This document shows positions 14,540 through 28,100 of a stretch of 64,000 nt of DNA, one piece after another. Source of the stretch: Eledone cirrhosa (lineage: Eukaryota). Positions within the stretch are counted from its first letter, which is position 1. Every line of letters starts with the position of its first letter. A model generated the notes under the pieces. The model did no database searches, was not told the DNA's origin, and saw nothing but the letters and a program-made list of their open reading frames with translations. The DNA is taken from the NCBI GenBank assembly GCA_964016885.1, contig OZ024740.1, positions 161,200,001-161,264,000 of the forward strand, given 5' to 3'. The position numbers were made by a program, and so were the translations under genes.

Positions 14540-15050
14540 TCGTGGTCCCAGTGGAGAGAATGGAGAAAATGTCATGTAGCATGGTATGGGAGACGCACTG
14601 GAACAATCACTCCAACGCACGGGGCTCGCTCTTGCGAGTGGTCAACTCTACCCCGATAGCAGTGAGTGCAGGATCCAAGAACGCTGAAGGTCTCCAATGT
14701 CACAGACCTGACCACAAACCTTTCGGAGAGTAACCGATATTTCGTCAGGTTTTCTTCTGCGGCCTGATGAGCAGCGAAGTCTGGGCTGGTAGCCGAATGT
14801 ATCAGGTAGCTGGTACAGAAGGTGTCGCAATATGTAGCATCCCAGGCTTATCTCCATGGAATGAGAAGATTGTCATGTCATCTGGCCTTTTGCGGCCCCT
14901 CGATCCAGCCCCGCCGGCTCGAGCTGAGAATAGAAGCCTGCGGTGTCCAAGATCTTATTAAGAGCAACATGACTGCGGGTAGAAGTCGAAGAAAACTACA
15001 GTAGATCCGCAATGGCATACGTAATACTCACAGATCTGATGCTGATAAGG
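14540..15050 (-). mobile_element. CRE-clade non-LTR fragment (restriction-like endonuclease domain)
   Basis: Manual translation across frameshifts gives RHVALNKIL..SQLEPAGLDR..RPDDMTIF..WDATYCDTF..KY..L..ET..EPR..LFQ, the CRE RLE signature. Confidence 0.7.
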
Positions 15051-16049
15051 GTTGCTCCCTTTTTAAATAGCATCTGGTGATAGAGAGAGTGAAGAGAGAC
15101 AGAAAAGAGAAATAGAGAGGTAGTGAGAAAAGACAACAGGAACTGAAAAGAGAAATACATTTCTTCAAATGCATCAGTTCACCACCATATCATGAGGTCA
15201 AATCATGGAAACAGGTAGGTTCAAAGTGTACTTACACACATACTCAAAATCACACATACATACACATACATCTACATACATATCAAACACCACCATTGAT
15301 ATAATTAGACATACACATATACACGTGCTTCCATACACAACCGCCTCTAATTTCACCAGGGGGTTTCCTTTCGCAGATACATACGACCATGGACTCTCTA
15401 CGTTCCGAGTTCATATTCCACTAGGTCAAGTACTGGGGTCAATATAATTGACTTTTCTTTCTCTTCAAATTACTTTCTGGCTTCGCGCCTAAATTAGAAA
15501 CCACTATTACGTTATTATGATTGACATTTTTAAAATAAAAACAAACAATATATAACAAACGACCTTTTACAATCGTAACCAGGGGTGGTTTCAAGTGGTT
15601 TGATATCAAAAGGTTAAAATTAATTTTCACACAAAGTAATGCATGCATATTATGTCTAACATTAATAGTGAAGGAATGCACTCTGGCTTCAGTTCCATTA
15701 TGCATAAATATAACATATATAAACACCTTTGTGCAATACAAATAAAAACTTAATTATAAAAACAATTTCATTTATCAATCTCTACACTGGCTTCTACCTT
15801 GTTTTACCTTCCATGGTTGTGAATCTTGCTTTATACTCTGCACTTTCGTCGTTGTCTAGCTTCAGATCAACCCTGATCGAGCAGTCATATATTGAAAGGT
15901 GATCTAGCAATAACGTTTTCTTTGTCAAGGAATACATTGTCTAATTTGTCCTTCCATTTTTAAGACGGTATGGTGTAATTTCTACTGTGATTTTGCTATT
16001 TCTTGCATGTCAAGCGACTATGTAGACTCATATTGACATTTGTGTATGT

Positions 16050-16350
16050 GAACTCAGAATGGCAAGGGCCGTAATAATTGTTTCTACTTTTACGATCTCA
16101 GTTCAAATCCCGCCGAGGTTGACTTTGCCTTTCATCCTTACGGGGTGGATAAAATAAAGTACCAGTAATGCACTGAGTATTTGCTGGCCTTGTGCCAAAA
16201 GTAGAAACAATTATTACGGCCCTTGCCATTCTGAGTTCAAATCCCGCCGAGGTTAACTTTGCCTTTCATCCTTACGGGGTCGATAAAATAAAGTACCAGT
16301 AATGCACTGGGTATTTGCTGGCCTTGTGCCAAAAGTAGAAACAATTATTA
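16050..16350 (+). mobile_element. Two tandem 5'-truncated SINEs preceded by a 42-bp inverted copy of their junction
   Basis: 16050-16091 is the exact reverse complement of 16197-16238. Confidence 0.85.
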
Positions 16351-19068
16351 GTAGACGCACATGTATGAAGACGCACATGTCTGAGGTGGAAAAGCTTCGT
16401 AACTTTAACCTATTTTAAAGTATCATTTTTTGTATTTTCTTGTCGATAACGCAGTATAAGGTACCCACCTTGGTTCCAAGATGGGGAAACCTCTCAATAT
16501 TCGGGCTTTAAGCCTGAATATCCAGATTTATATTCAGATTTACAGATTTATTTAAAAAATCATTCTCCATAAAAAAAAAAATGGAAAATTTCGACCTTGA
16601 AACAGCAAACAACTTACAGGTCAAAAGTTCAAAATCGGCTACTATAAATCTCACCATAACTACTACTAATACAGACAAGCCTGTCACCCATCCCACTGAA
16701 TACAGAAACAAGACAATAGCAGTACCATCTCCACCTCCACCGCCGCCGCCACCACCACCACCAACGACCATAACACCGACAGCCTCAATGTAAACACTGA
16801 TGGCGGCGGCAACGGCAACGGCAACAAACAAAACAACAACAACAACAGCAAGAACGACAACACCAACAACAAGAGCAATGGAGGCGTCACCCTTGCAGCG
16901 GCAGCAACGAAAACAAAGCTCTTTTCCAATGTGGTTATTAGAGATAAGGAGCAGCAGTTGGCCCAGGCGTGAAGGTTAATTAAACGAGAGAAGTCCTGGA
17001 CAAACCTGTCCATCCTGGACGGGGTAATAGCGGCCATGCAAAGGAGGACAGTGTACTTTCGATGCATTTCAGTGCAGACAGGCAAAGTGGAACTCGCCAG
17101 TCAAGCAGAGGTCGAGGCTACTTTGAGGTTTATCGGAAGTGAAATCGAGTACAAAGCAAGGGCCAAGCAGTTCGGTACCATCTCGGTACTGTTCAAAACC
17201 GAGGCCCTTGCTATTGAGCACTCGGTGGCCCACTGCAGAACGGAACGCATTATCATGCACCCGTCCTACATGGGCAAAAGGACAGTAATGGTCCGCATTC
17301 CCAGGATCCTACCAGGAATGAACATATGGTGGCTCCTGGGATGCATAATTGAGGAGGGGACAGACACTACCCTCCTGGATATCAAAAGGACAGAGATAGA
17401 AGACTGGTTCGGAATGGATTTGGAGATTCTTCTCCAAATGAAACCAGAGGATATCAACAACATCCCGCATTTTGCCCGCCTCAGGACGGGACAACAATCC
17501 AATTAATCACTGAGGGTAGAAGGCCGCACTGCTTCGTCTGCGGGGAAGCAACACATCTGCAAGCCTGCTGCCCTCAGCTCAAAAATGCATGGGGTCGCAA
17601 GCCTCCTTTGTTGCCAACGCCAGTGTCAGCACGGAAAGCAGCACCACCACCACCAAATACAATACCAACAAAGACACGGGTAACACTACCAACAACAAAA
17701 ACAGCCGGACCACCACCAACACCGAAACCAATCCAAGGGGAAAACGAGGAAAGCTCTCCTACTCCCCCTATCCCTCCAATTATACACATAGACAAAACAA
17801 TAAACGAATACACAGATACAGATACACTCACAGCCACAGACCCTTTGTCTTCCAGCAGCGAACATGAAGGAAAACCCCAAAGTGCAAAAAAAACCCAGAA
17901 AACTCACCAAAAAAGCCCCAACAAAACACAAAAACATACACAACAAAAAATACAGACACCACTAACGCAAACACTTCCCCAATAACATCAGCACCAACAT
18001 CAACATCAACACAACCCCCACAATTCCCGAAACGCAAACAACCTAAACAAACACAAGACAAATAAACACACAAATACCTGAAATTGCAGACACCACACCT
18101 ACAACAAACACAGACATACCCGAAACAACACCACCAAAACCATCACCACCACAGTCACCATAACGAAAACAAAGAAAACCACATCAACAAAATATTTAAA
18201 ACTTCGGGCTTGTCAGAAGGGCCAACAATAAACTGATGTCCCTCTTAGCACGAAGCGAGGACATTAAAACAGAGGGGGAAATCTTTAAAATGAGCACATT
18301 TTGCGTGCCAGAAGATTTGCTTCCGGTCCGAATGTCACTCGATTCCTTCAAAGAAATTCGGGAGAGCTTTCCTGAAGATGTGGGAACCCCGAATGTGAAA
18401 CCCACATCGAGACTTTTAAAGGGGTTCTCAAAAGAAACCCACTAGCCATGGAGGTCGAACCACCCGACATTCACAAGACCCCGGGAGGTAAGTAAACCTT
18501 CCCTCTCTCTTTTAGCTTGCCAACATGGCCATATTAAGAGTAGGATGTTTAAATGTTCGCGGCCTGGGGTCATCCTGGAAGCAGGGTCGCCTGCTCAACG
18601 ACCTCAGGTCTCTGGAAATGAATGTGATTACCTTCAGCGAGACCAGAATTTCCGACACGCGCACACTAGCCCCCATTTTCGACGACTATCAGATCTTCGC
18701 ATCTGTTAGCAGGCCGGGAATGGGAGGTGGAGTTGCAGTGCTGTTTAGGAAAGGACTGGATTTCGAAGTAAGGTCGATTTTCCGGGACCCGGACGGTAAG
18801 TTGGTGGTCTTGGATGTGAGCAGTAGCGAAGGTGGTGCCTTTAGACTGCTGGCCGTCTACGCCCCTAATGGGGCCGGACGACCTGACTTCTTTAGGCGCC
18901 TGGAGACCTTTCTGTGTACGTCTCGCCCTTTACTGTTAGCGGGGGACTGGAACGGCACCTTAGACGCACGCTGGAATTGTGTGGTTATAAAACCACAATT
19001 CGTGGTTTGGCGAACCGTGACGGACACGAGATAAGCGATTCCGAGCGGATGTGTGAGGTCTTTCGCCA
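16351..19068 (+). mobile_element. Tx1 LINE copy 2: 5'UTR, frameshifted ORF1, start of ORF2, internal deletion, 3' truncated
   Basis: Highly similar to 1031-2640. It jumps at about 18985 to sequence matching about 3300 (gtgg microhomology) and starts immediately after a SINE attatta tail. Confidence 0.9.
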
Positions 19069-19069
19069 C

Positions 19070-19201
<132 letters not shown>

Positions 19202-19269
19202 CAAGGTCTACCAAATAGAGAAACAGTTTTAAAATAAATTTTAAAAAATTCGCTGTACTTACTATATGT

Positions 19270-19351
19270 GCCTTTACCGCGGTTTCAAGTTCCAGAATAA
19301 ACGGATAATCCAAGCGGACTTCTATTGAGAAGGGAACCATCTTCAGAAGGC
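19270..19351 (-). ncRNA. Type I hammerhead ribozyme in a PLE 3'-end fragment (19197-19355)
   Basis: Minus strand: gcctt CTGAAGA t-ggttcc..long loop..ggaact-t GAAA ccgcgg TA aaggc. Stem I gcctt/aaggc; palindromic stem III ACCGCGGT. Confidence 0.85.
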
Positions 19352-19366
19352 TCTTCTCTCTCTCTC

Positions 19367-19400
<34 letters not shown>

Positions 19401-19543
19401 TGAGTTTATGTTGGTTGTATACCAACACCTAAGTATGCAGGCTGGAGCACTCGACGAAGTGCGCAGGTTGGTTTGGTTACTCCGGAGTAGTGTAAAATAA
19501 AGTTAAATAAAAGTCAAATGATTAAAATTTAGCTTCGTTTATT

Positions 19544-19598
19544 ACTGCTATATATATTTCAGTGACAGCCATCTTTGGCTGTGACCTCTTCAGGCAGT
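19544..19598 (-). ncRNA. Hammerhead ribozyme (left-arm copy)
   Basis: Reverse complement of 19782-19836. Confidence 0.85.
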
Positions 19599-19781
19599 TT
19601 GAATTAGTATGGTATAGACAAGTACATATGTTGTTTAGGTGTATGATATTGTCAATACTCTGATATGCCCAGTTCCTTGTTGGGTTGTTAATTCACTGGG
19701 GAACTGGAGTCATATGACAGAGTATTGACAATATCATACACCTAAACAACATATGTACTTGTCTATACCATACTAATTCAA

Positions 19782-19836
19782 ACTGCCTGAAGAGGTCACA
19801 GCCAAAGATGGCTGTCACTGAAATATATATAGCAGT
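19782..19836 (+). ncRNA. Type I minimal hammerhead ribozyme
   Basis: actgc CTGAAGA ggtcacagcca-aaga-tggctgtcact GAAA tatata TA gcagt, followed by AATAAA. Confidence 0.88.
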
Positions 19837-21917
19837 AATAAACGAAGCTAAATTTTAATCATTTGACTTTTATTTAACTTTATTTTATATATATATATAT
19901 ATATATTTATATATACACTCTTGCTTAGCCCTTTCGAATTTGCCCCAGGCTCTACGATACAAAACTCCTTATTTTAATGTGTTCATATTTAAAACTTTAC
20001 ATTATGATTCTATGTAAGAGTCTTTGTTAGGTTTCATTTCAAACATCAGACAAATAAAGAGAAATTTAGTTCCCAAAACAACTTTTTGTCACACCTCCTC
20101 AGAGCGTAGACCCTCGTATAACTGTTCTTATTACACAGGATCTACGATTATGAACTCATACCCACTTGTGTATGTATGTGTGTACATACATGGAGTAATC
20201 ATGTTTGATCTAATTAATCCCTCCTTACGCAAATGTCCGCTTTGCAGTTCAGATCCACCCCTGAGAACGATGAAGTAAGTACCATTATAAAGTACTAGTG
20301 AGTGCGATATAATCGACTACAAAACCCCTGAAGGTGGTGCCTGAGCATGGCCAGAGTCCAATGATAAACTAGTAAAAGAAAAAAGTGAAAAATTCAAGGT
20401 AATACAAGAACACACTGCAATGAAAAATACTAAAATGTACGGGTCATGTATCAAACTTTGTGCAAGCATAAAAAGATCTAAAAAGAGAAGAAATAAATAG
20501 AAAGAGAAAGATCTTTACATCTAAAATAAAAATCAATGTATAGGTGAAGTATTGATACTAGATCCTCCTATCAGTCGCAATCTTCAAGATCCCCATCACC
20601 AGAAACGAAAACAAAAATCATACATATATATTACATTAAAACTTTTTTTCAATTAATGTCATGCCAATCAGCACGTTTCTTATAACTAATAGAAACCGAT
20701 ATTGGATGCAACGTAAAAAGAAACAAAGCAAACAATGAAGACGGAACATAACATAACATAACATAACATAACATAACAAATACATCATTCTAAAGAATCA
20801 CACATACTGACGATAATACCATATGATATTGAAATGTCCATAAAATGGAGCTGAGAACATTTCCTTTTACACGAGTTGTAGTTTTTTAATCAAATACGTC
20901 GCCTGAACTAAAAGAAAAGTTGCTTTCATTCATAACAACAATAATAACGACAGTCAGCACCCTAATAATAAATATCATCATCACTATCATCAAATAATAA
21001 GATCATCATCATCTCTATCATTTGGTTTTAACTTTCATGAAAATATTTTGTCAGCTTCTAGCAGTTGGGGTGATAATTTTGGTGTTGGAACACGCACAAT
21101 TTGCAGAACATGGCTTTATGGACAATTTTTTTCTTTCTCTCTTTCCTACATTTTGTATAATGGAGAAGCAGAGAAAATAACAGAAAAATGTCTAAAAAAT
21201 AAACTACCACCATTACTGTCAAATTTACAAGCATAGCTTAATCCAGTGACTGAGAAGCTATCAGTTTTAGTTATTGGGTTTGTGAAGCTATCACTTATGA
21301 TTAGCTGGTGAGGGTGGAGGATGACAAATGTGCGCAGACATAAATACATGTTTACACACATACATGTTTGTATATGTGTACGTTCTGTTATTGACGGGTT
21401 CACTTAGCCTTTCATGTTAAAGCGTTGCACGGAATAATGGTATGGATAGCTAGAAAATAAATAAAAATATAATTTGTAGACTAGTATTTAAGCATTCTGA
21501 ATAAATTAAATGCTAGGAGATTATTACCACTATTTTTAAATCCTCCCCTTCATCATTACCCCCACCCTTCTCATTGATACTACAACCGCAACTATCACCA
21601 CTGTCGTCATCATCCTATCTTCAGTCATGATCATCACCACTACTAACGTCATCGTCACAACCACCACCTCCACCATACATCATCCTATGTCATCAATCAT
21701 CCAGCCTGGACTATTATCAATATAAATATTCTGGTCACCATCTTTTCCGACCATAAAGTCTTCTTTGTTAGACAACATCATCACCACCGACCCCCAAACG
21801 TTATCTACTCTTACTTACGTTTTCACTTCCATACTAATCATTATTCCTAATTTCATAAATCATTCCCCACCACCTGGTAACATTTATCATCATCATTATA
21901 TATATATATATATAATA

Positions 21918-22096
21918 AATTTAATATAGAAATGGCTTCTACAGGACTAGAACTGTTTCATTTGAAGGAAATCTTCCTTTGAATGAAACAGTTCTAGTCC
22001 TGTAGAAGCCATTTCTATATTAAATTAATTGTATACACTCTAATAATGTATTGAGTACCCTACTTAATGTTGTTACCCCCGATTGAACCCGGGATG
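21918..22096. mobile_element. Short PLE pseudo-LTR palindrome (21918-22026) with truncated HHR and tail
   Basis: Arms aatttaatatagaaatggcttctacaggactagaactgtttcatt and its reverse complement. The HHR 3' half GAAAC agttcta GTC is present; the same family occurs at 35558. Confidence 0.75.
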
Positions 22097-22106
22097 TACA
22101 CACATT

Positions 22107-22141
<35 letters not shown>

Positions 22142-22156
22142 GCACACACATATGTA

Positions 22157-22207
<51 letters not shown>

Positions 22208-23510
22208 CACTTCTATACTACGTTAATGCTAGAAACAGTAGTAAATTCTCTGAAATATTATTTTATTGTCATAGAAAAGTGCATGTTGGATAATGTGTTT
22301 CTGGGTCCTCTGCTCATAGAAAAATGGATGAGATGCTCACAGCTGGCATGTGTGACCAGAAGTCTACTCGACTAGAGCTTATCCATGGCTAAACAACAAC
22401 TTTGCAAGTTATTGCACCCCAAGAAAAGAAAACGAGTTAATCAGAAGGCCTTTACTAGGCCACTTGACATGCTAGAAATAGTAGCCAAATCGTCCTATTA
22501 GCTTGAAACATTAGATATGACAAGCCTTAAAATAGACGAGATAGTCATAACTGGAAGAAAAATAGTCATAAGTCTGCACAATTACCCCAAAACAACTAGC
22601 ACATATAGTTTTCTCGCAACTACTATAATTCATCATCATCATAAATATGTATATTTACCTTTAGAGCACCGGATACAATGCTTGCATTATTTTTTTCGGT
22701 TTACTGTAATCTAATTTTAAATCCTGTCGAGGTTGACTTTGCTTTCTCTCACTTCAGGATTCTTTAATAAAATACGAGTTAAATACTTGGATCATGTCTC
22801 CTCTTATCTCTATTTCTGCCTCTCTTGGAATCAGCTACGATAAAGAGACTAAGAAAGGAGTGTTCACGATGCAGCCTCAACAATCCTTCCATTACTAATT
22901 TTGGGAATTACTAAGAGAGAGAAATCAACATCATAATAGTTGCTTTTTTTTTTTTTACTCTTTAGTCATAGAGAGAAGGGAAACACCAATGACCCTTTAT
23001 TTTCTCAGGGCCTTCGAGTTTGATCGCAGGAAGTGAAGAAGGTATCTTCAAACTTGAAACCCGGTCTTTTTTCTTTCAACAGAGGGAAATCCGTTAATGA
23101 TACCTACCCAAACCGGTAGTGTTAGCTAGGGCACGGTTTCGCATTACATCTCTTTTGATGCTCCAACAATTCCCCCAATCAACCACCCTTGACTCGTGCT
23201 TTATCTAATCGACCCCGGAAAATATAAAAAAAATAGAGTTGAGCTCGGTGGGATTTGAACTCAGAAAGTAGGTAACATACAGAGCAAGACTTACTACGCT
23301 CTAACATTTGCCAATGTCAACCAACTTAACTATTACCAACATCTAACTTCAATAGTGGTGTTACTGCTGGTAGTATTATTCTCTCATTTTTTATCATTTA
23401 TTTTTCAACAACCATCATTCACCGCTCATCATCAACATCGTCATCAAATCACCTGCCAACTATTAATAAGACGTTCATACATATTTCATTTTTTCGTGTT
23501 ATTTGACTTG

Positions 23511-24051
23511 CGCATTCGCCACCTCCGCGTGTCCTTTCAGTGATAGCTTCTTCCCAGCCCATTTTTGGGTGAGACTGGCTACTCTGCTCGTTACTTCGTC
23601 CCAATTCTTTTCCACCTGGAGGTCTGGTCCGAACCAAACTCCGAGCAACTTTACCGGTCCGTCCGTCCAACACCCCACGAGCTGTTGGACGGCATAGGCT
23701 TGCCTCTCCAGGTTCCGAGCTGCAAGCCCACCGACTTTTCTGGGTTAAGTTTGGCTCCTGTCAACCTTTCATATTAGTTCAATAAGGTGCCGACCACCTC
23801 GATTTCTGAGGGGTCCGACACCATCACGGTGATGTCGTCCGCATAAGCCAACACCGCCTTTCCACGTCCCGGTTCGAGTGGAATGCCCTGCAACAGCTCC
23901 AGCTTCCGCAGTAAAGGCTCGAGAGTCAATACGTACAGAAGGGAAGAGAGAGGGCACCCTTGTCGGACCGATCGGGAGAGCCGAAATGGTTCCGAGAGGT
24001 GGCCATTAACCTTGACCACCGAGCGTGTGCCACTGTGCATTGCAGCGATCC
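23511..24051 (-). mobile_element. Tx1 LINE RT fragment
   Basis: QGCPLS and YADD motifs, nearly identical to 4030-4570. The 5' junction lies in the (TAA)n tail of a SINE. Confidence 0.9.
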
Positions 24052-24079
24052 ATAATAATAATAATAATAATAATAATAA

Positions 24080-24263
24080 TTGTTCTACTTTTTGGCACAA
24101 GGTCAGCAATAACCCAGTGCATTACTGGTACTTTATATTATCGACCCCGTAAGGATGAAAGACAAAGTTAACCTCGGCGGGATTCGAACTCAGAATGGCA
24201 AGGGCCGTAACTCTATGCGTCAAAGCATAACGTCCGACTCTCTACCGATACTGCCAATCCACC
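24080..24263 (-). mobile_element. Full SINE copy
   Basis: Matches the SINE consensus; flanked by (TAA)n on both sides. Confidence 0.88.
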
Positions 24264-24289
24264 AATAATAATAATAATAATGATATAAT

Positions 24290-24845
24290 ATGATAGGAAA
24301 AGTGATTCACTGGCATCTATCCAAACTAAACAATTTACCACATTTTGAGAAGTGGTAAAGCATAAGCCAGAGTCGGTGATAGAAAACGATCAGGTGAAGG
24401 TGCTATGGGATTTTAAGATACAGACGGACAAGAAATTAGAACACAACAGGCTTGACCTGGTGGTTTTTGATAAGGAAAAAAGATCGTGCCTGATTGCAGA
24501 TGTAGCCTGCCCATTTGACACGAGATTGCAAGAAAAGGAGAGGGAGAAAATTAACTGATACCAGGATATAAAGTGGGAGTTAAAAAAGATTCGGAACTGC
24601 CATGAGATCAAGGTCATCCCGATTGTCATAGGAGCACTAAGTACTATCTCAAGGAGTTTCCAATGATGGTTGAAGAATATTAGCCAGCCACGTTTTTTAG
24701 AACACTTCAAAAGGCATGCTTGCTGGGAACAGCAAGAACCCTCCGATACGTCCTGAATATCTGAGGCTGCAGGTAGTGGGTTGATATTAATTTCAACAAA
24801 CTTTCCAGTTAAATAAAATCAATGACTGAGACTCAAAAAACAACA
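24290..24845 (+). mobile_element. R4/Dong-type non-LTR 3' fragment (RLE domain)
   Basis: IHWHL..HKPESVIEN..VLWDFKIQTD..NRLDLVVFDK..DVACPFD..KEREK..VIPIVIGAL..LLGTARTLR, ending in (TAA)n. Confidence 0.8.
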
Positions 24846-25112
24846 ATAATAATAATAATAATAACGGTTTCATTTATTGGCCACAAGGGCCGGCATATAG
24901 GGGACAATACAAAAGACTGGGACAGCGGGTTTTACAGAAAAATCGAGTAAACAATATGAATAACAATAACAAAGTAACAATAAAGTAACAAGAAAATTAC
25001 AAGAAAAAATTCCCCAATAGGGAGGATGACCACCTAGGGTTCGCTCAGGTACTCTACCAGTCCTAAACGACCCGACACTTCGAGAGCACGATGGAAGGGC
25101 ACACCTCTCCTC

Positions 25113-28100
25113 TTAAAATTTACCAACATACAGCCGCATGACCAGAGTAGGCCCACTCACACGGGCCATTTTCGCCACGTTCACCCACCTTTCAGCAAAT
25201 GTACTGGGGGGCAGCCCTTCTCTCTCCACTCTCACCTTCCTTTCCAAGTGAAAGTTGAAAAAGTTGATGAGGGATTGGCCGAAGAGAAAATTGTCTGTCT
25301 TCAGTCCTTTCAGCCTCGTCCACCATACAACCTCTTTCGCTACTGCCACCAGACAGGAAAATTGCCTGCCCTTCCTGGCCAAAAGAAAGCGGCGGGTCGA
25401 TCTTCACTATGGACTCGGCCGATAGCCGGAACCGTTCTACACGCGACAACAGCTGTTCAACATAACTCCACAAGTCAGTAATGCACGGACACTGGACGAG
25501 TACGTGCAGAACGGTTTCGTCGCTCTGCCCGCATCTCGAGCAGGTCCGTCTGACAGCACTTCCGTGCCTGTAGAGTTTATCTCGAACCGGCAGTGCCCCC
25601 CGGTAGCACTGCCAAGCGAGGGATTTTTGGAAATTATCCATCGTCCCCGGCTCGAAAGTCCTCCGGTACAGACTGGTTAGTTAAACTTCGTTGACTCCCA
25701 GAGCCTCTCCGAGTGCGTCGTCGCACTTGCCCACCACTATAGAACTCGAGAGTGGAAGTTCCACTGACCGCATTGCCCGCCTGGTAGAGGGCAGTGAGTG
25801 CCTGGCAACATTCCAGATGCCAGTCACCCAGTCTCGGTCTCTTCTTGACTCAGGACTGCAACTCAGTCAAAGAAACGAGCTGCGGAAAGGCCCGTCTGAC
25901 AAACGGCGACCACACCTGTTAACCGTTTAGGCAGAATATCTGGAGATGCCGCAGTCTCAGCGCGTGCCTGCGCATCATTAGCCACAGCATGCCCAGCCCT
26001 CAACGTAGAGTGTGCTGGCAGCAGATTGACCGCCTCACCAGCGGAACCTGACCCCTCCACAAAAATTTGAAGAGGAGCCGCTCCAAGTTGGCGAGGCGCG
26101 AACGGGAGCAAGGGACGACAATCAGACGGTAGTAGATGACGGACGCGATGTACGCGTTCGCCACTTCCGCCCGACCTTTCAGTGATAGCTTCATCCCAGA
26201 CCATTTCTGGGTGAGACTGACTACCCTTCCCGCCACCTCGTCCCAATTCTTATCCACCTGGAGGTCTGGCCCGAACCAAACCCCTAGAAACTTTACCGGT
26301 CCGTCCGTCCAGCGCCTAACGACGCTGTTGGACGGCATGGACTTGCCTCTCCAGGTGCCGAGTTGCAAGCCCACTGACTTTTCTGAGTTAAGTTTTGCTC
26401 CCGTCAACCTTTCATATTCCTCCAATAAGTTGCCGACCACCTCGATTTCTGAGGTGTCCGACACCATCACGGTAATGTCGTCCGCATAAGCCGACGCGGC
26501 CTTTCCGCGTCACGGTTCGCGCGGGATTCCCTGCAACAGCTCCAGCTTCCGCAGTAAAGGCTCGAGAGTCAATACGTACAGAAAGGAGGAGAGAGGGCAC
26601 CCTTGACGGACCGATCGGGAGACCTGAAACGGTTCCGAGAGGTGGCCATTAATTTTGACCATCGAGCAGGTGCCGCTGTGCATTGCAGCGATCCAGCTTC
26701 TGAAGACGGGGCCGAAGCCAGCCGCCTTGAGGACAGCCTCCAGGTCAACCCTATCGAATGCTTTCGATTGATCTAAATTGATCAGAGCCCCACCGAAGCG
26801 AGGTTTACACCCTACCCTCTCTATGATGTATCGCATTAGGTGGAGGTTGTCGTGTATGGACCTGGTTGGGATTGCACAATTTTGCGCCTCCCCAACCAAA
26901 TCCCCGACGACAAGCGCCAACCTCTTCGCGAACACCCTGGCTAAAATCTTAAACTCTGTGTTGAGCAGGGTTATGGGCCTGAAATTGTCCTTAATGTGTC
27001 CCTCTTGTTCTCGTCTTTCCTTATCAGCGTCACTACGCCCGGCTCACAGAACTGGGAATACTCCCGTTTTGCTGCCAGTTGCAGTAGAGGGCTTCGAGGA
27101 GATTGGAAAACAAGTCTGGCATATTTACGTAAAGCTCGTAGGGCAGACCATCCAAACCGGGTGACTTGCGCCTCATGCAGCCTACAAGGGCATCCTGAAT
27201 ATCGGCTGAAAATTGGCCTTTCGCAGCGCCCAGCGTCAGCCGTCGAGGTAGGGACTGAAGTCCGCCACCATCTCTGACCTGCCACTTCCCCCGGACAACC
27301 GAGAAAAATGTTGGCAAAAGGCCTCGCACATCCTCTTGGAATCGCTCAGCTCGTGCCCATCTCAGTCCGTCAAAGACCGAATCGTGGTTTTATTTCCATG
27401 GTGCGCCTCTGCCACGCGAGCCCATCGAACAGCTTTGGTTCCCTCGTTTCTCAGAGCACGCGCCTTAGCTCTGACAATGCAACCTTCGTTTTTCGCATTG
27501 AAGAAATGGTCTAATGCCATTCTCGCCGCTAGCACATCAGTGGCAATGCCACTACCAATAGCCTCGTCTAACTTATCTACCAACTCCCCCTCCTTTCTAT
27601 TTTTCTCTAATTCTACTTCTTTGCTAAACTCTATCGACATTACTCTAATCTCTCTTTTGAGAGACCCCCACCATCTATTGTTGACGACTCGCCCTGTCAA
27701 CTTTTTTTTAACAATATTGTTGACCTGGTCCCTGTAAGCCTTACATGTTTAGCTTCCAGTAACCAGGTCCCAACCTACGCGTCTTATCTAGGTCGACCAT
27801 ACAGATCACAAACTTGTGATCTGAATAGGCGACCGTTTCAAAACGTGAACAGCTTACACTATTTCTGTCTATTTTCCTAATCAATATCCTGTCTATATAC
27901 GATCTAGATGACCCTATGCGGTTAGCCCAGGTCCACACTGGCGCATTAGGGAAATCTAGTCAGTACCTGTCAGACAGTTGGAACTGTCTGATCAGGTTCT
28001 TGAGGCTTTTGCACCGCCCACTCCTATCAGACACTCCCACACAGTCCCAGCGTGCGTCTAAGATGCCATTCCAGTCCCCCGCTAACAGTAAAGGGCGAGA

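Larger units (their letters stand above)
19493..19887. repeat. Fold-back palindrome (arms about 19493-19662 and 19718-19887) of a PLE pseudo-LTR in (TA)n
   Basis: Arms of about 170 bp are essentially perfect reverse complements and each carries an HHR. A one-sided tail lies at 19400-19492. Confidence 0.9.

Noticed and set aside
14700-14790. ctgatgagcagcgaagtc (+) and ctgacga..gaaa (-) as hammerheads
   Set aside because: There is no proper GAAA or no stems I/III, and the sequence lies within a CRE coding remnant.
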